Assembly: GCF_000315625.1 (NCBI RefSeq)
Contig: NW_005434549.1
Location: 20,516 to 69,995 of the forward strand
DNA from: Guillardia theta CCMP2712
Lineage: Eukaryota > Protista > Cryptophyta
DNA: 49,480 nt
Reading direction: 5' to 3'
Shown: piece after piece, positions 1 to 10,667 of the stretch
Layout: every line of letters starts with the position of its first letter
How positions within the stretch are numbered: the first letter of the stretch is position 1
Program-made: the position numbers and the translations under genes
Notes under the pieces: model-generated
Seen by the model: the letters and a program-made list of their open reading frames with translations, nothing else
What the model was told of the DNA's origin: nothing
The model's database searches: none

Positions 1-102
1 TCCCTCCCTCCCTCCCTCCCTCCCTCCCTCCCTCCCTCCCTCCTCCTCCTCCTCCTCCTCCTCCTCCTCTCTCTCTCTCTCTCCCTCTCCCTCCTTCTCT
101 CT
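1..102. repeat. Pyrimidine microsatellite tract (TCCC)n/(TCC)n/(TC)n
   Basis: Directly visible simple repeats at the window start. Confidence 0.95.
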
Positions 103-348
103 CTTGGCTGCATCCTCCCAATCTTCCGCCTCCTCTGCGCATGTCCTGCCGCATCCCATTCGCAACTCTTCGCTGATTTCGAAGACAGAGTGGACCCCTG
201 GACTCTCATCAAGCCTTGACCCTGTCGACCCCCTTCTCCCCTATTCCTCTACCCCTCCTTGTCCCTACTACTACCCCACCGGCAAGCCGGTAGGCTCGGA
301 GGGACACGTGCCAAGGGGACAAGCATTCCATGATCTCAAGGACGAACA

Positions 349-546
349 GAGCTAGCGAGAGGTCGCAACAGATCACCTGCATGTCTCATCGGAGAGATGA
401 GCTAGCGAGAGGTTGCAACAGATCATCTACATGTCTCATCGGAGAGATGAGCTGGTGAGAGGTTGCAACAGATCATCTACATGTGTTATCGGAGAGATGA
501 GCTAGTGAGAGGTCGCAACAGATCACCTGCATGTGTTATCGGAGAC
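349..546. repeat. 50-bp tandem repeat, ~4 copies
   Basis: Unit gagctagcgagaggtcgcaacagatcacctgcatgtctcatcggagagat; the ggt(c/t)gcaaca block recurs at 361, 411, 461 and 511. Confidence 0.95.
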
Positions 547-927
547 TCAGATGCTGACCCTAATGGCGAGTCATTTCAAAGTTGAGGTAGGTTTATGACT
601 TGCGTAAGAGATGGAGTCAGAGCAGGGTGACAACTTCTGGTGCCAGTGACATGTTCTGATACGGCTGGGAAGAGCTCAGAGCCATGAGTCAATTCAACTC
701 TCGAAAGTGATCACTATGTTGCATTGATTGCTAGCAGAATGATGACCTTGCTCGAATGTAAAAGACATGGAAATCACGTGAATTTGGCTCATAATTTAAC
801 AGTATCTAATATTATCACAGAAATTTCGACTCGTTCGTCTCATCTGGTGAGTGTGTCTCAGATCCTTATTAGCGTCTCGTCATGAAAGATTCTTGAAGAA
901 CTGCACTTCATCGCATCATCATGTCGT

Positions 928-3851
928 TCACCAGAAGGCAGGATATGATCTGTCGTTTGCAATATTGTTGATAATGACTCCAAGAACAAGCAGAAGCTGC
1001 AATCAGAGCTGAGTATACCAGCGCAAATCGATTATTAAATCACCACACAGTCAAAGGTGACAGGAATAACAATGAAGAGCCAGCCCATGTTTCTGACCTG
1101 ATGCGCAAAATCATTACCAGCGACAACTTTGGAGGCAAAACTCACTAGCGGGTCACCCGCTAGGAAGATGACAGCAGCAGCACAGGCAGGCGGGTGCAGT
1201 AGCCCTGTGAGCTTGTAAGAAGCTGCTTGCAATCATTCAAGCCTTCACCTGTCTTTGCCATGATCATGGTCGACACAGCCGGCGCAAGAGGCGTCGCTAC
1301 CCACTGCCCATCTACCGTCACCTCAAGCTCACGAGCAGAGGAAACATGGGACAACAGTACAACTTGGGTCAGCGTCGCATCGGCATAATCCAGCAAATCA
1401 TCAAAGAATGAAACGAGCAAGGAAAGAAGTCTCATTAGTCCTATGCATGCCCACCTGAGGCAAATATGCACGCCCTCCGCCGTTTCCAGAGAGATAGCTG
1501 ATGGAAATCGCAACCACCGCAGATATGAGATGTCCAAAGAGAACATTTCTGGGCTGTACAAGAGGCGAAGAGGATGACGAGAAGAGCATGGCAGCAAGAG
1601 CGGCCATGGAGTTGAGCAGGACGAGGATGTACCTGACAAGTACGAGATCAGGGCAACGAAAGTCTCGAAGGCCTTCGGATACCCTCCTTCCAGCTTTGAT
1701 TGGTTGGACGAGTAACTGATCCGCTTGAAGACTTCATTTAACCCTACAAGAACAACGTCATCTCCTCCTCCGAGGTTTTATCTCACCTGTAAGAAGGAGG
1801 ATGGATACAAATGTACCGAATGTGGTCCAGAAAACAAAGTACCAATCATGACCAGGAGGAATTTGAGCCCCCGGCATGCCTCGAAACTTCTTGAAGTACT
1901 TCTTGATGAAATGATAAGTTCGAAGCGTCCAAGTCTGGTTGATCGTAAGATAACTACACGGCCATGAGCAGCCCACGCACATGATTCATTTCTTCTTGCT
2001 CTTCTTTCTTGATCAGTTTTCGCAGTCTCTTGGGTTGGAGGTGACTTGAGCCGTTAACATGTACAGGTTTGATCGCCTGGAACGCAGCATCGCACTCTCT
2101 GGCTGCTTCTTGCATCTGTATCGACCAGTAGGCCACCCTTGCAAGCTCCTGCAGCCGCTGAGCTGAGACGACAGGCAGTCTCAAGTGTAAAGACCTTGAG
2201 AGTGTCTGTCAAATGACCGTTGGAGCTCAGCGCTTTCCAGTTTTGATTCGGTCTTCGATATTTCCTACGACTGCGTCAGGTTTATAGTCACTTGTGGCTC
2301 GATCTCGCACTTGGTCTTAGCACGGTACATCATCACGATAGCCAGGAGGTGACCAGTATCAGGGTCAAGCACGGGAACCCCTGGACGATAGTGATTTCCT
2401 CGTTTCCTTGGTACCTCCCACACACACCTACTGACACATCGAAGATCTGCTTCGCGGAGACGACTCTCCGATCAAACATGCTGCAACAACTATCACGACA
2501 AGACATCAGAACGGAGGGCAGCAACCTGTTCTCGTCATCTTCTTGCATGAAGGAAAGATCATGCCAATCCAACTCCTGATGTTGTTTCAATTGAAGGGTC
2601 GGCACGATCCTTAAAGACCTTGCGGGCCCATGCAAGCCCGGGGAATCCTTTCCCTTTCTCGTACCTGTCGCGAGAACACAGTAAAGCCGGGAAACAGTCA
2701 CGCAAAGGTTACCATGTGTGCTTGTCGAGCGCCAAGTCAATGAAGCTGTCGAGCTGGCGGTTCCAGTCATTCCCGATATAGCCCATGGCAGCTGACGTTT
2801 GAAACTGCTCGGTTAGTCGATGAACATGACCACTCCAACTGCCGCCTGAGCGTCATCAACTTTTGACTTCAGTGGTAGCTGACCGGAGTCTCTTGGCCAT
2901 CGGCTCGCCGTCTCCTTCCCCGTCGTTGCTGCGTCGGTCTACACTTGCTCGTCCTGCGCTGCCTGTAGCCGGGTTGCCCCAAGCTGGCGCGTATCTTCTC
3001 TCAGCAGTTCCATGAATATCCTGAGCAGCAAGCCATGAGTTTGGCGGCGACTCAGAAGAGCTTGAACAGTACGACAGAGTTGGCTTACATGTATGTTGAA
3101 CCCCCGAGCTGACCGATTGTGAATGGCGTGAATCAACCTGCTGACGTCTTTGCTCCTCCGGAAACCTGATGACGCGAATCTCTCCTCGTCTATCAACTGT
3201 TACCGCACAGACGACATCACATGTCCAACCTTCAGTGCCATGCGCTAAAGCCTCGTGCCGATGCTGCCGCAGCCAGACTTCAGCATAGGCGAACCCGGTG
3301 CTTTCACACGCCTTCTGCAGGAGGTCCGTGATCTGACAGCACCAGCCCCGTCACTGGCCTCACTCAGACTCTCTTGCAGTACCGGGTCTATCATGGAGAT
3401 CCGATACCAGCGAACAGTCTGAGAGCCATCATCCTTCTGCTCCTGCCGTCAGCAGCCGATGGGGATAGGAAGGGGCACCGTCTGCACGCTCATCTCTACC
3501 GACCGCCTTTGACGACGAGAAAACTCCATGAGCCCTGACAGGCTGTCTCGTCAGTGGGCTCCAGCCGCCTCGTCACCTTCACCTTGACTCTTCATCATCC
3601 CGCCCGCAGAGGAGATGGCAGAGGAGATGGTTCCCGCATATCGTTTCATCCATGACACCGGCTGCAGCATCAGGCTAAGGTCACCAGCTGACTGTCTGCC
3701 AACCTTCTCACCGTCTTCTCTTCCGATACGTCAGTTGGCGATGGTGTTGTTTGTCGGGTTGCGAGTAACTTGGTATCATCAAGCTCCTTAGATTGACGTA
3801 CTGATATAGCTGGCTGAATCTCCTGCACCTGCTCCTGTCCCTGTCCCTGTC

Positions 3852-3928
<77 letters not shown>

Positions 3929-4260
3929 GCCTGCGCCTGCGCCTGCGCCTGCGCCTGCGCCTGCGCCTGCGCCTGCGCCTGCCCCTGCCCCTGCCCCTGC
4001 TCGGGCTTTGCCTCCCTCTCTTCGTCAGACTCGCTGTGAAAAGCGTTGTCGACGGTACGAGTGTCAACAGGCTCGACAGGCAGTGTGATGCGTACATCTT
4101 CGATGCTGGCGAGACGAGCGTCACCCCAGGGAACGTCGCGAGCTTGAGCGAAGTACACGTCCTCAGACTGCCAGCGAAACGACGAGGACGAGCTGGTTGA
4201 CGAGATCATGGTGTCCATTTCCATGGAGGAGTTCTCGCTCGAGTCCCTGCTGTCAGCCAT
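928..4260 (-). CDS. Multi-exon HPP-family membrane protein with N-terminal low-complexity region and GAF-like domain
   Basis: Spliced by eye. HPP motifs SSPLVQPRNVLFGHLISA and LLHPPACAAAVIFL, with C-terminus NNIANDRSYPAFW* (stop 928-930). Upstream exons give ACESTGFAYAEVWL and YEKGKGFPGLAW (GAF-like). The ATG at 4260 opens the (GQ)n(AQ)n(EQ)n exon. Joining all exons into one gene is inference. Confidence 0.75.
3827..4000 (-). repeat. Coding hexamer repeats encoding (GQ)n(AQ)n(EQ)n
   Basis: cctgct/cctgcg/cctgcc runs within ORF 3670..4260. Confidence 0.85.
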
Positions 4261-4270
4261 TTTAAACTGC

Positions 4271-4336
4271 CAGGTCTCACGCCTGCTCAGATTGACTCTT
4301 GCACAGGTCTCACGCCTGCTCAGATTGACTCTTGCA
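4271..4336. repeat. 33-bp perfect direct duplication between divergent genes
   Basis: caggtctcacgcctgctcagattgactcttgca at 4271 and 4304. Confidence 0.9.
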
Positions 4337-4697
4337 CATCATGTCAAGGCAGTTGAGTGAAAGCCCCTATGGTCTAGGTCGAAATGCTCGAGACTTGGAG
4401 CGTGTGCAGGAGATCTGACTTTCATTTTCGTTCGTCTTCCTGGCTTGTTGTCTTCCTGTCTCGTTGTCTTCCTGTCTCCTGTTTTCCTGTCTTGTTATCT
4501 TGCTATCTTGCTATCTTGCTGGCTTGCTGTCATGTTCGCTCTGCTTCACGCTTGTCGCATAGCCTTGTGCTATCTCCCTCCCAGCGCCTCCATTTCAAAC
4601 CAACGCGGCGCATTCGCTGCCCCCACGCCCTAAGCCCCTGACTCTCCTAGGCGAGCTTGGTCAATGCGGGTCTGCCCCGGCAGGAATATCCACATCC

Positions 4698-6394
4698 ATG
4701 GTGCGATCAGTCTGCATCGTGGGAGGGACGCACGGGAACGAGCGGCATGGCGTTCACATGGTGAGACAAGACACATGGTCTCACAGCTCATCGTCTTTAG
4801 CACGATGAACTTGTGTCGCTTCGTGACATAACCTAGCCATAATCTAGCAGCTCGTTCAGCGCTTAACGCAGCCTCTTGCAGGTTCGCCACTACCAAGAAC
4901 ACTCGCGCCTAATTGAGAGGAAGACCTTCACGACTTCTCTGCTCATCGCCAACCCCATGGCGGTGGCGAACAAAGGGACTGGCGCAGGTCTCGTCATGCT
5001 CCGTTGCGCTCGTTCGCTCGCTCACGGCACGGCAGGAACCCGATACGTGGACGAGGACTTGAATCGATGCTTCCTGAAGCAGACCTTGGCTTCAGCTGAG
5101 AGTGCGACAAGTGTGGAGGGAGCGAGAGCAAGAGAGGTGCGAGGATGAGGCAGGCCCCCAGATATGATACATGCGAATCAGATCAATCAGATTCTGGGGC
5201 CCAAAGCATCTCCCGAACCAGGTCACCAGTGCATGGCTGATCTCTTGTCTTTGACGTGCTGTAGCTTGTGACTTCATCTTCGATCTTCACAACACCACGT
5301 CCAACACCGGGATACTGGTCACTTTGCTCACTTTGATTGATCGCTTTGGATTGTGATACGAGCGGGTGCAGCTCTGTTATCATCCCACCGACAAACTCTC
5401 TTACCTCATGTCTGTGAGTCGCTTTCCCTCCTCCTCTTCATATCCCTCACGCGTCAGTGCTTGCTTCACCTGCCGTGCTCGGGTGTCATCAGGAGTACTT
5501 GTTCTCCAAGAATCCCCACATCCGCGTTTGTCTATGGCCGGAGGGAGACAGGCAGGTCGTTGTGGTTCCTCTCTCGTGCGCTCATCTCCAGCAGAGCTCT
5601 TCTACCGACCGTGGCCAGAAGTGGCATGACAGTGGAGGTAGTGTGTGCAGCTTAGAGGAGGAGGGGCTGAGATCGCGTTGCTAGGTAGGCGCCGTGTCGC
5701 ATAGTACTGTGCATGCTAAGAAGCTCATGGAGACCATGGAGGTGAAGAGAGGATCTTGTGTGCCAGTGCTGAGCAAGCGGCAGCTGATTCAACATGGTCT
5801 TGACTTCATCGACATGTTCAACATGCGGATGGAGGAGCTAGGAGCCTCGGCCGACTTCTCCGTCACAGATGTGAACATCTCCGAGCTGGGCAAGGTCCCC
5901 ATCTTCACTGGGGCAGGCAAGATAGACTACCCGAGGTACCTCAGACGCGCAGAGCTCCTGCTTGATAGTGAGCCATGGCAATGGCAGAGACAGCGACGGA
6001 AACATCATCGGATTCATCCATCCCAACCTGCAAGGCATAGCAGAGCTACAGGTGGGAAAGGAGGAGGGGAGAAGAGTCTCATAATGCGCAGGAGGGCAGC
6101 ACGATACAAGAAGGAGACGATCTCTTCCAGGCAAAGCACTTCATTTCAGCCCCCTGCTCCTCCTTATCCCCTGCTTGTCAGATGCTCGATGGCTCCGTCC
6201 GGCCCTTCGTCATGGAGGTGCTGCCGTGCGCTCCTATCTCCTCGATGCTAATCTCTGCTCAGGTCGCCCTGAAGGAGGCGGTCGGGAACGCGGCGCTCTA
6301 CCCGCTCTTCGTCAACGAGGCCGCCTACTACGAGCAAGGCAGCTGCTGCTTGCCCTCGCTCAAGCATGATACTTTCACGCAGGGACTGCAATGA
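4698..6394 (+). CDS. ASPA: Aspartoacylase (AstE/AspA zinc-peptidase family), multi-exon
   Basis: Spliced motifs VCIVGGTHGNE, ANPMAV..TRYVDEDLNRCF, INQILGPKAS, DFIFDLHNTTSN, IDYPR, IHPS and YPLFVNEAAYYE occur in aspartoacylase order. The true start may lie upstream of 4698. Confidence 0.9.
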
Positions 6395-6409
6395 TATTAT
6401 GCCGCCAAA

Positions 6410-7683
6410 CTAGCTTCTCTCCCGCATGAACGCACCTTCCTCCTCTTGGAACGCCAGCATATAGCGGTCATGATACGCGTCTACTAGCCCCAGCAGACGC
6501 TCCCCGTCCGGCAGAGGACGGAGAAGCTTCTCGAGGAGAGGACGGACTTGCGGCCAGTTGACCTCGTCGTAGCTGCAGCAACGAATCGGCATGTGGACGA
6601 AGGAAGGAGCAGAAGAGTCGGGAGTATAACAGACGGAGGGAGAAGCTGAGAAATAGGAGGATGTAGAATAGGAGAAGGATAGAAGTGTTGTCGTACCCTG
6701 GTTGAGGAAGGTGGGCGTCTATGAAGCCCTCCAAGGAGTTTGGAATCTCCCAGCTGTGAAGGTGTGAGGAGACGAAGAGGAGGGAGGGAGGGTTTGTCAT
6801 ACTGCATTCTGTCGATTCGATCTCGAGAGCCGTGTCGGGGAATGAGCTCGACGTCACCTGGGAAATGCTGCCATGCTCCAACCTAGGACAAGAAAGTTGG
6901 AACGATGAAACAAACGAATCCCAAGTGAGATCAGTGCGGGAAAGGAGGTGAGGGGGGGGGGGAGGAGAAGGTTCAGACGGAGGGGGGTGAGAGGGGAGGA
7001 GAGTGGGAACCTTAGAACTCCACAATCGCTGATCGAGGTGCCACATCTCAAGGTCCGCGTGCTTGAGATTCGACGCCACATTTCGCCTCGCCTTCTCCTC
7101 CCCCAAGTCGTGAATGATTCGGTTCTCCACCGCCATCTGTCCCTCACGTTCAGCGACCAACACGCAGCTCAAGCAGCCTCTCCTCACCTGCAGGATGTTG
7201 TCTATCCCAGAAGCTCGAAGAGCTTCTTCCTCACTCCGAGGGAGATTCATCAGCTGCCAGCCCCGTCATCCTTCCTCCCACTGTCTTCAAACCTCCACCT
7301 CTTCCTCCACCCCCACCTCCTTCCTCTCTCCTCCACCCTCCCCAGTGTACCTCTCGCCAGACTTGAGCTTCGGCCCCGGCGTAAGAGATGGGAAGATGCA
7401 GAAGCCGGTGATCGGCCTCGACGCCTGCTCCCCTGCGCTCGCATGACTCGCCTCTTCCTCCAGACCTTCACCATACCGAGACAGCGCAGGGGCTCCCAGT
7501 CGCACTTGATCAATGTGGTCGGGGGCAGAAGCAAGACCCTCCTCGGGAAGCAGGAGAGGAGCGCAGCAGAAAGGGTTGTACAGGTGCAGCTTCTTGTTCC
7601 AGTCCCTGTGCGAGGGCTCAGGGAAAGAGGAAGAGGAAGGAGGGGGCATAGGAACTAAGACTAGGAAGACAAAGATGTGTGCA

Positions 7684-7731
<48 letters not shown>

Positions 7732-9344
7732 GGAAAGGAGTAGCAAGGAGGACAGACAGGAGGAGCGAGAGGAAGAGGAAAGGCAAGAGGAAGAGAAGGC
7801 AGTCATGTCTAACCTCTCGGAGTCGAAGTGCAAAGCAGACACAGGGATCAGATCAGCATCGCTCGTCAGCAGGTAGTCGTCGTCCTTAATCCCCTCCACC
7901 AGGCACGCATACAGCCTTCCCACCTGCCCTCCAGCTCATGATGCTGTCAAACTGCAGGACATCGATGTTACCTGGGCGATGGCGGCTGTGTTGATGGAGG
8001 AGGAGGAGGGAACGACCTCTACGCGGAATTTCATCTTTCTCAGCATGTCCAGCACGACCTCCTGTCGGCTCTCAGGCAGGGGCTGCTCCCACGACTTGCC
8101 GATGAGGAGGACGAGGGGCTGGAAGCGCATGAGCTTGTCCCATACGAGGGCTGCGAGGGGGAGGATGAAGGCGTACTCCGAGTTGCTGTCCGCCGACATC
8201 ACCGCCCAGCGCTTCCTGTAGGGCTTGGGGGGCACGAGCGGGCGCATGGCATCGAGCTTGAGGCGCTCGCGGAGGAAGAGGAAGGAGTCGATACCCTGGT
8301 AGACCTGCAGCATTTCAATCCTCCCCAGCTCAAAGAGCTCTGCCACTTGAGCTGCTGCCGAGCTGAGGGAGGAGGGGGAGCGCGAGGAGAGCGCAAAGTC
8401 CACGTGCTCCTCTACCCTCTCACCCCCGTCCTCGTGCACGAGGAGACACTCTACCACAACCTCCTTCGTCTCCTCCCGGTCCACCACCCGAGCTTTGCCC
8501 CGCCCTCCGAAGGAAATCTCCCCCGAGTAAGAGTTCACGAGCAGATACACCAGACGGAAGGACGCGGCATGCGCGGCCACCATGCCGCCGGCACGAGCAT
8601 GCACCTCGATGGTATGCCATCCGATGCTCAGGTCAACCACCCGCGTCTTCGTCGCCTCCTCAGCCACCTGCAGCTCGGCTGCCTGCTGCCCGTTGATCAT
8701 CAGCACAGCTGCTGCTTGCTCCCGCTTATTCCCCTTCCTCCCCTTCACTTGCAACTCCAGCTCGACCACACACTGGGGGCTGTCACACACCACATGCTGC
8801 CCCTGCTGCGGGTGTACTATCCTGACCTCCAGCTCTCCATTGCCTGCCCGTCCTCTTCCTGCTTCTGTGCTCCTTCCCTTCCAGAGCTCCTCCAAGCTCT
8901 CCGCTTGTTCCTGCAGCGACTGCTCCATGCCAGGCTCCTGCCGAGCAAGTCCCGAGCTTGCACTCGTTGTCTCGTGCTCGAGCTTGTGGATCGTCGCAGG
9001 AGCCTTGCGGCGAGGAGGCGGAGGAGGAGGAGGTGGTGGTGGTGGTGGTGTATCAAGAGGAGGTGGTGGCGGCGAAGGAGCAGGAGGCTTTCCCTTGCGT
9101 TGAGGGCGAGAGGCCTTCTCCTCTCTTTCTTTCGATCGCTTGCTCTTGTCCTCGCGCTCTACCTCCTGCCTCCTGAACCAGAAGGCGATAAACACCGAGC
9201 TCTGCTCAACCGCCAGCCCTTACCACTCTCTCCCTTCATCCGCCTCGCTCCTCCACCTGCTCTCAGCTCCTGCGCTTGCACCTTCCTCGGGTTCCCCTTC
9301 CGTGATCGAAGGATCTTCATCCCAGCCGAAGGCTGACGGGCCAT
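6410..9344 (-). CDS. Membrane-anchored glycosyltransferase-like protein (DxD motif), multi-exon
   Basis: Long exon 7936..9195 (hydrophobic FIAFWF, Pro-rich stem, VRIVHPQQGQHV module, RWAVMSADSNSEYAFILPLAALVW). Later exons give DDYLLTSDADLIPV and WHLDQRLWS. Function and boundaries are uncertain. Confidence 0.5.
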
Positions 9345-9468
9345 GCGCTCCGTAGATCGACTGCAGCAGGCGAACACAGTGAGCGAGGAGGAGAAGGAGG
9401 AGGAGAGGGAGGAGGAGAGGGAGGAGGCCAACGAACAGGGCTCAAGATAGCACAGGATAAAAGGATAA

Positions 9469-9790
9469 AAGCATGCAGCAGGGGTAGAATAGAAGCATGC
9501 AGCAGGGGTAGAATAGAAGCATGCAGCAGGGGTAGAATAGAAGCATGCAGCAGGGGTAGAATAGAAGCATGCAGCAGGGGTAGAATAGAAGCATGCAGCA
9601 GGGGTAGAATAGAAGCATGCAGCAGGGATAGAATAGAAGCATGCAGCAGGGGTAGAATAGAAGCATGCAGCAGGGGTAGAATAGAAGCATTAAGCAGGGG
9701 TAGAATAGAAGCATGCAGCAGGGGTAGAATAGAAGCATGCAGCAGGGGTAGAATAGAAGCATGCAGCAGGGGTAGAATAGAAGCATGCAG
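9469..9790. repeat. 24-bp minisatellite, ~13 copies
   Basis: Unit aagcatgcagcaggggtagaatag, near-perfect copies with no spacers. Confidence 0.95.
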
Positions 9791-10407
9791 AAGGGGTTAA
9801 GGGTTAGAGAGAGAGAGAAGGTATGTAGAGGATCTGACCTGTCTGTGCGCAACAACAGCAGCAGCTCTCATGTCTAAATGCAACGTCATCGCAAGTAGCG
9901 GGAAGGAAACGACTACCAGTCTCTGTCTCCTCCTTCCTCCTCTCAACCGCCCGCGGCGTGACGTGCACGCATGGCAGTTCACATTCAGAGATCGACATGC
10001 CCCCGTTGTGACAAAGTTTGAGATGCCACTGAGAAGACACGTCAATAGGGATGAGAACCATCACAAGAGGAAAGTAAGACATAGATGATCATCGTTGTCT
10101 TTCTTAGGATCATCTTTGAGACTTCACCGGGCAAAAACACAATACTTTACAGCACATCACATCACATTGCAAGATTCTGATTGAGAACAACATGCAACTT
10201 TCGGCAGGTTCACCTTGGGATAGTCCGGGCATGATGATGGTTTCACATCCCAGTGGAAGTTCCATCCGCTGCCTCCTCTCCTCCCCCCCTCCCCTGCGCG
10301 ATCTGGGATCGGCTTTTGCTTCATTGCAAGCTTGTCGTGGGCCCATCCCGTTACTGTAGAGCTTCCTGCCCTTTCATGTGCTCCATCTACACCCCTTCTC
10401 CCTTCCT

Positions 10408-10652
10408 CCTCCTCCTTCACCCTACCCTCCTCCTTCCCCCCGAAGCTCGGGGCCTTCTTCTTTCCTCCTCCCTCCTCCTTCACCCTACCCTCCTCCTTCC
10501 CCCCGAAGCTCGGGGCCTTCTTCTTTCCTCCTCCCTCCTCCTTCACCCTACCCTCCTTCTCCCCCCCGAAGCTCGGGGCCTTCTTCTTTCCTCCTCCCTC
10601 CTCCTTCACCCTACCCTCCTTCTCCCCCCCGAAGCTCGGGGCCTTCTTCTTT
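10408..10652. repeat. 63-bp tandem repeat, ~4 copies
   Basis: cgaagctcggggccttcttc at 10441, 10504, 10567 and 10630. Unclear whether intronic or coding. Confidence 0.9.
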
Positions 10653-10667
10653 CTTCCTCTTCCAGCT

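Noticed and set aside
3708-4124. RS/RD-repeat 'SR-like' ORF
   Set aside because: It is an alternative frame of the (EQ/AQ) hexamer repeat in the ATG-initiated ORF 3670..4260.
8347-9336. 329-aa plus-strand ORF (and similar ones at 6948..7658 and 17317..18535)
   Set aside because: These are antisense shadows of minus-strand coding exons.
9793-9808. Telomere-like ggggttaagggttag
   Set aside because: Only about two degenerate units; too short to call an interstitial telomere.
9442-9855. ORF encoding (MLLFYPCC)n, or a CRISPR-like array
   Set aside because: It is the translation of a stop-free 24-bp minisatellite; there are no unique spacers and no cas genes.
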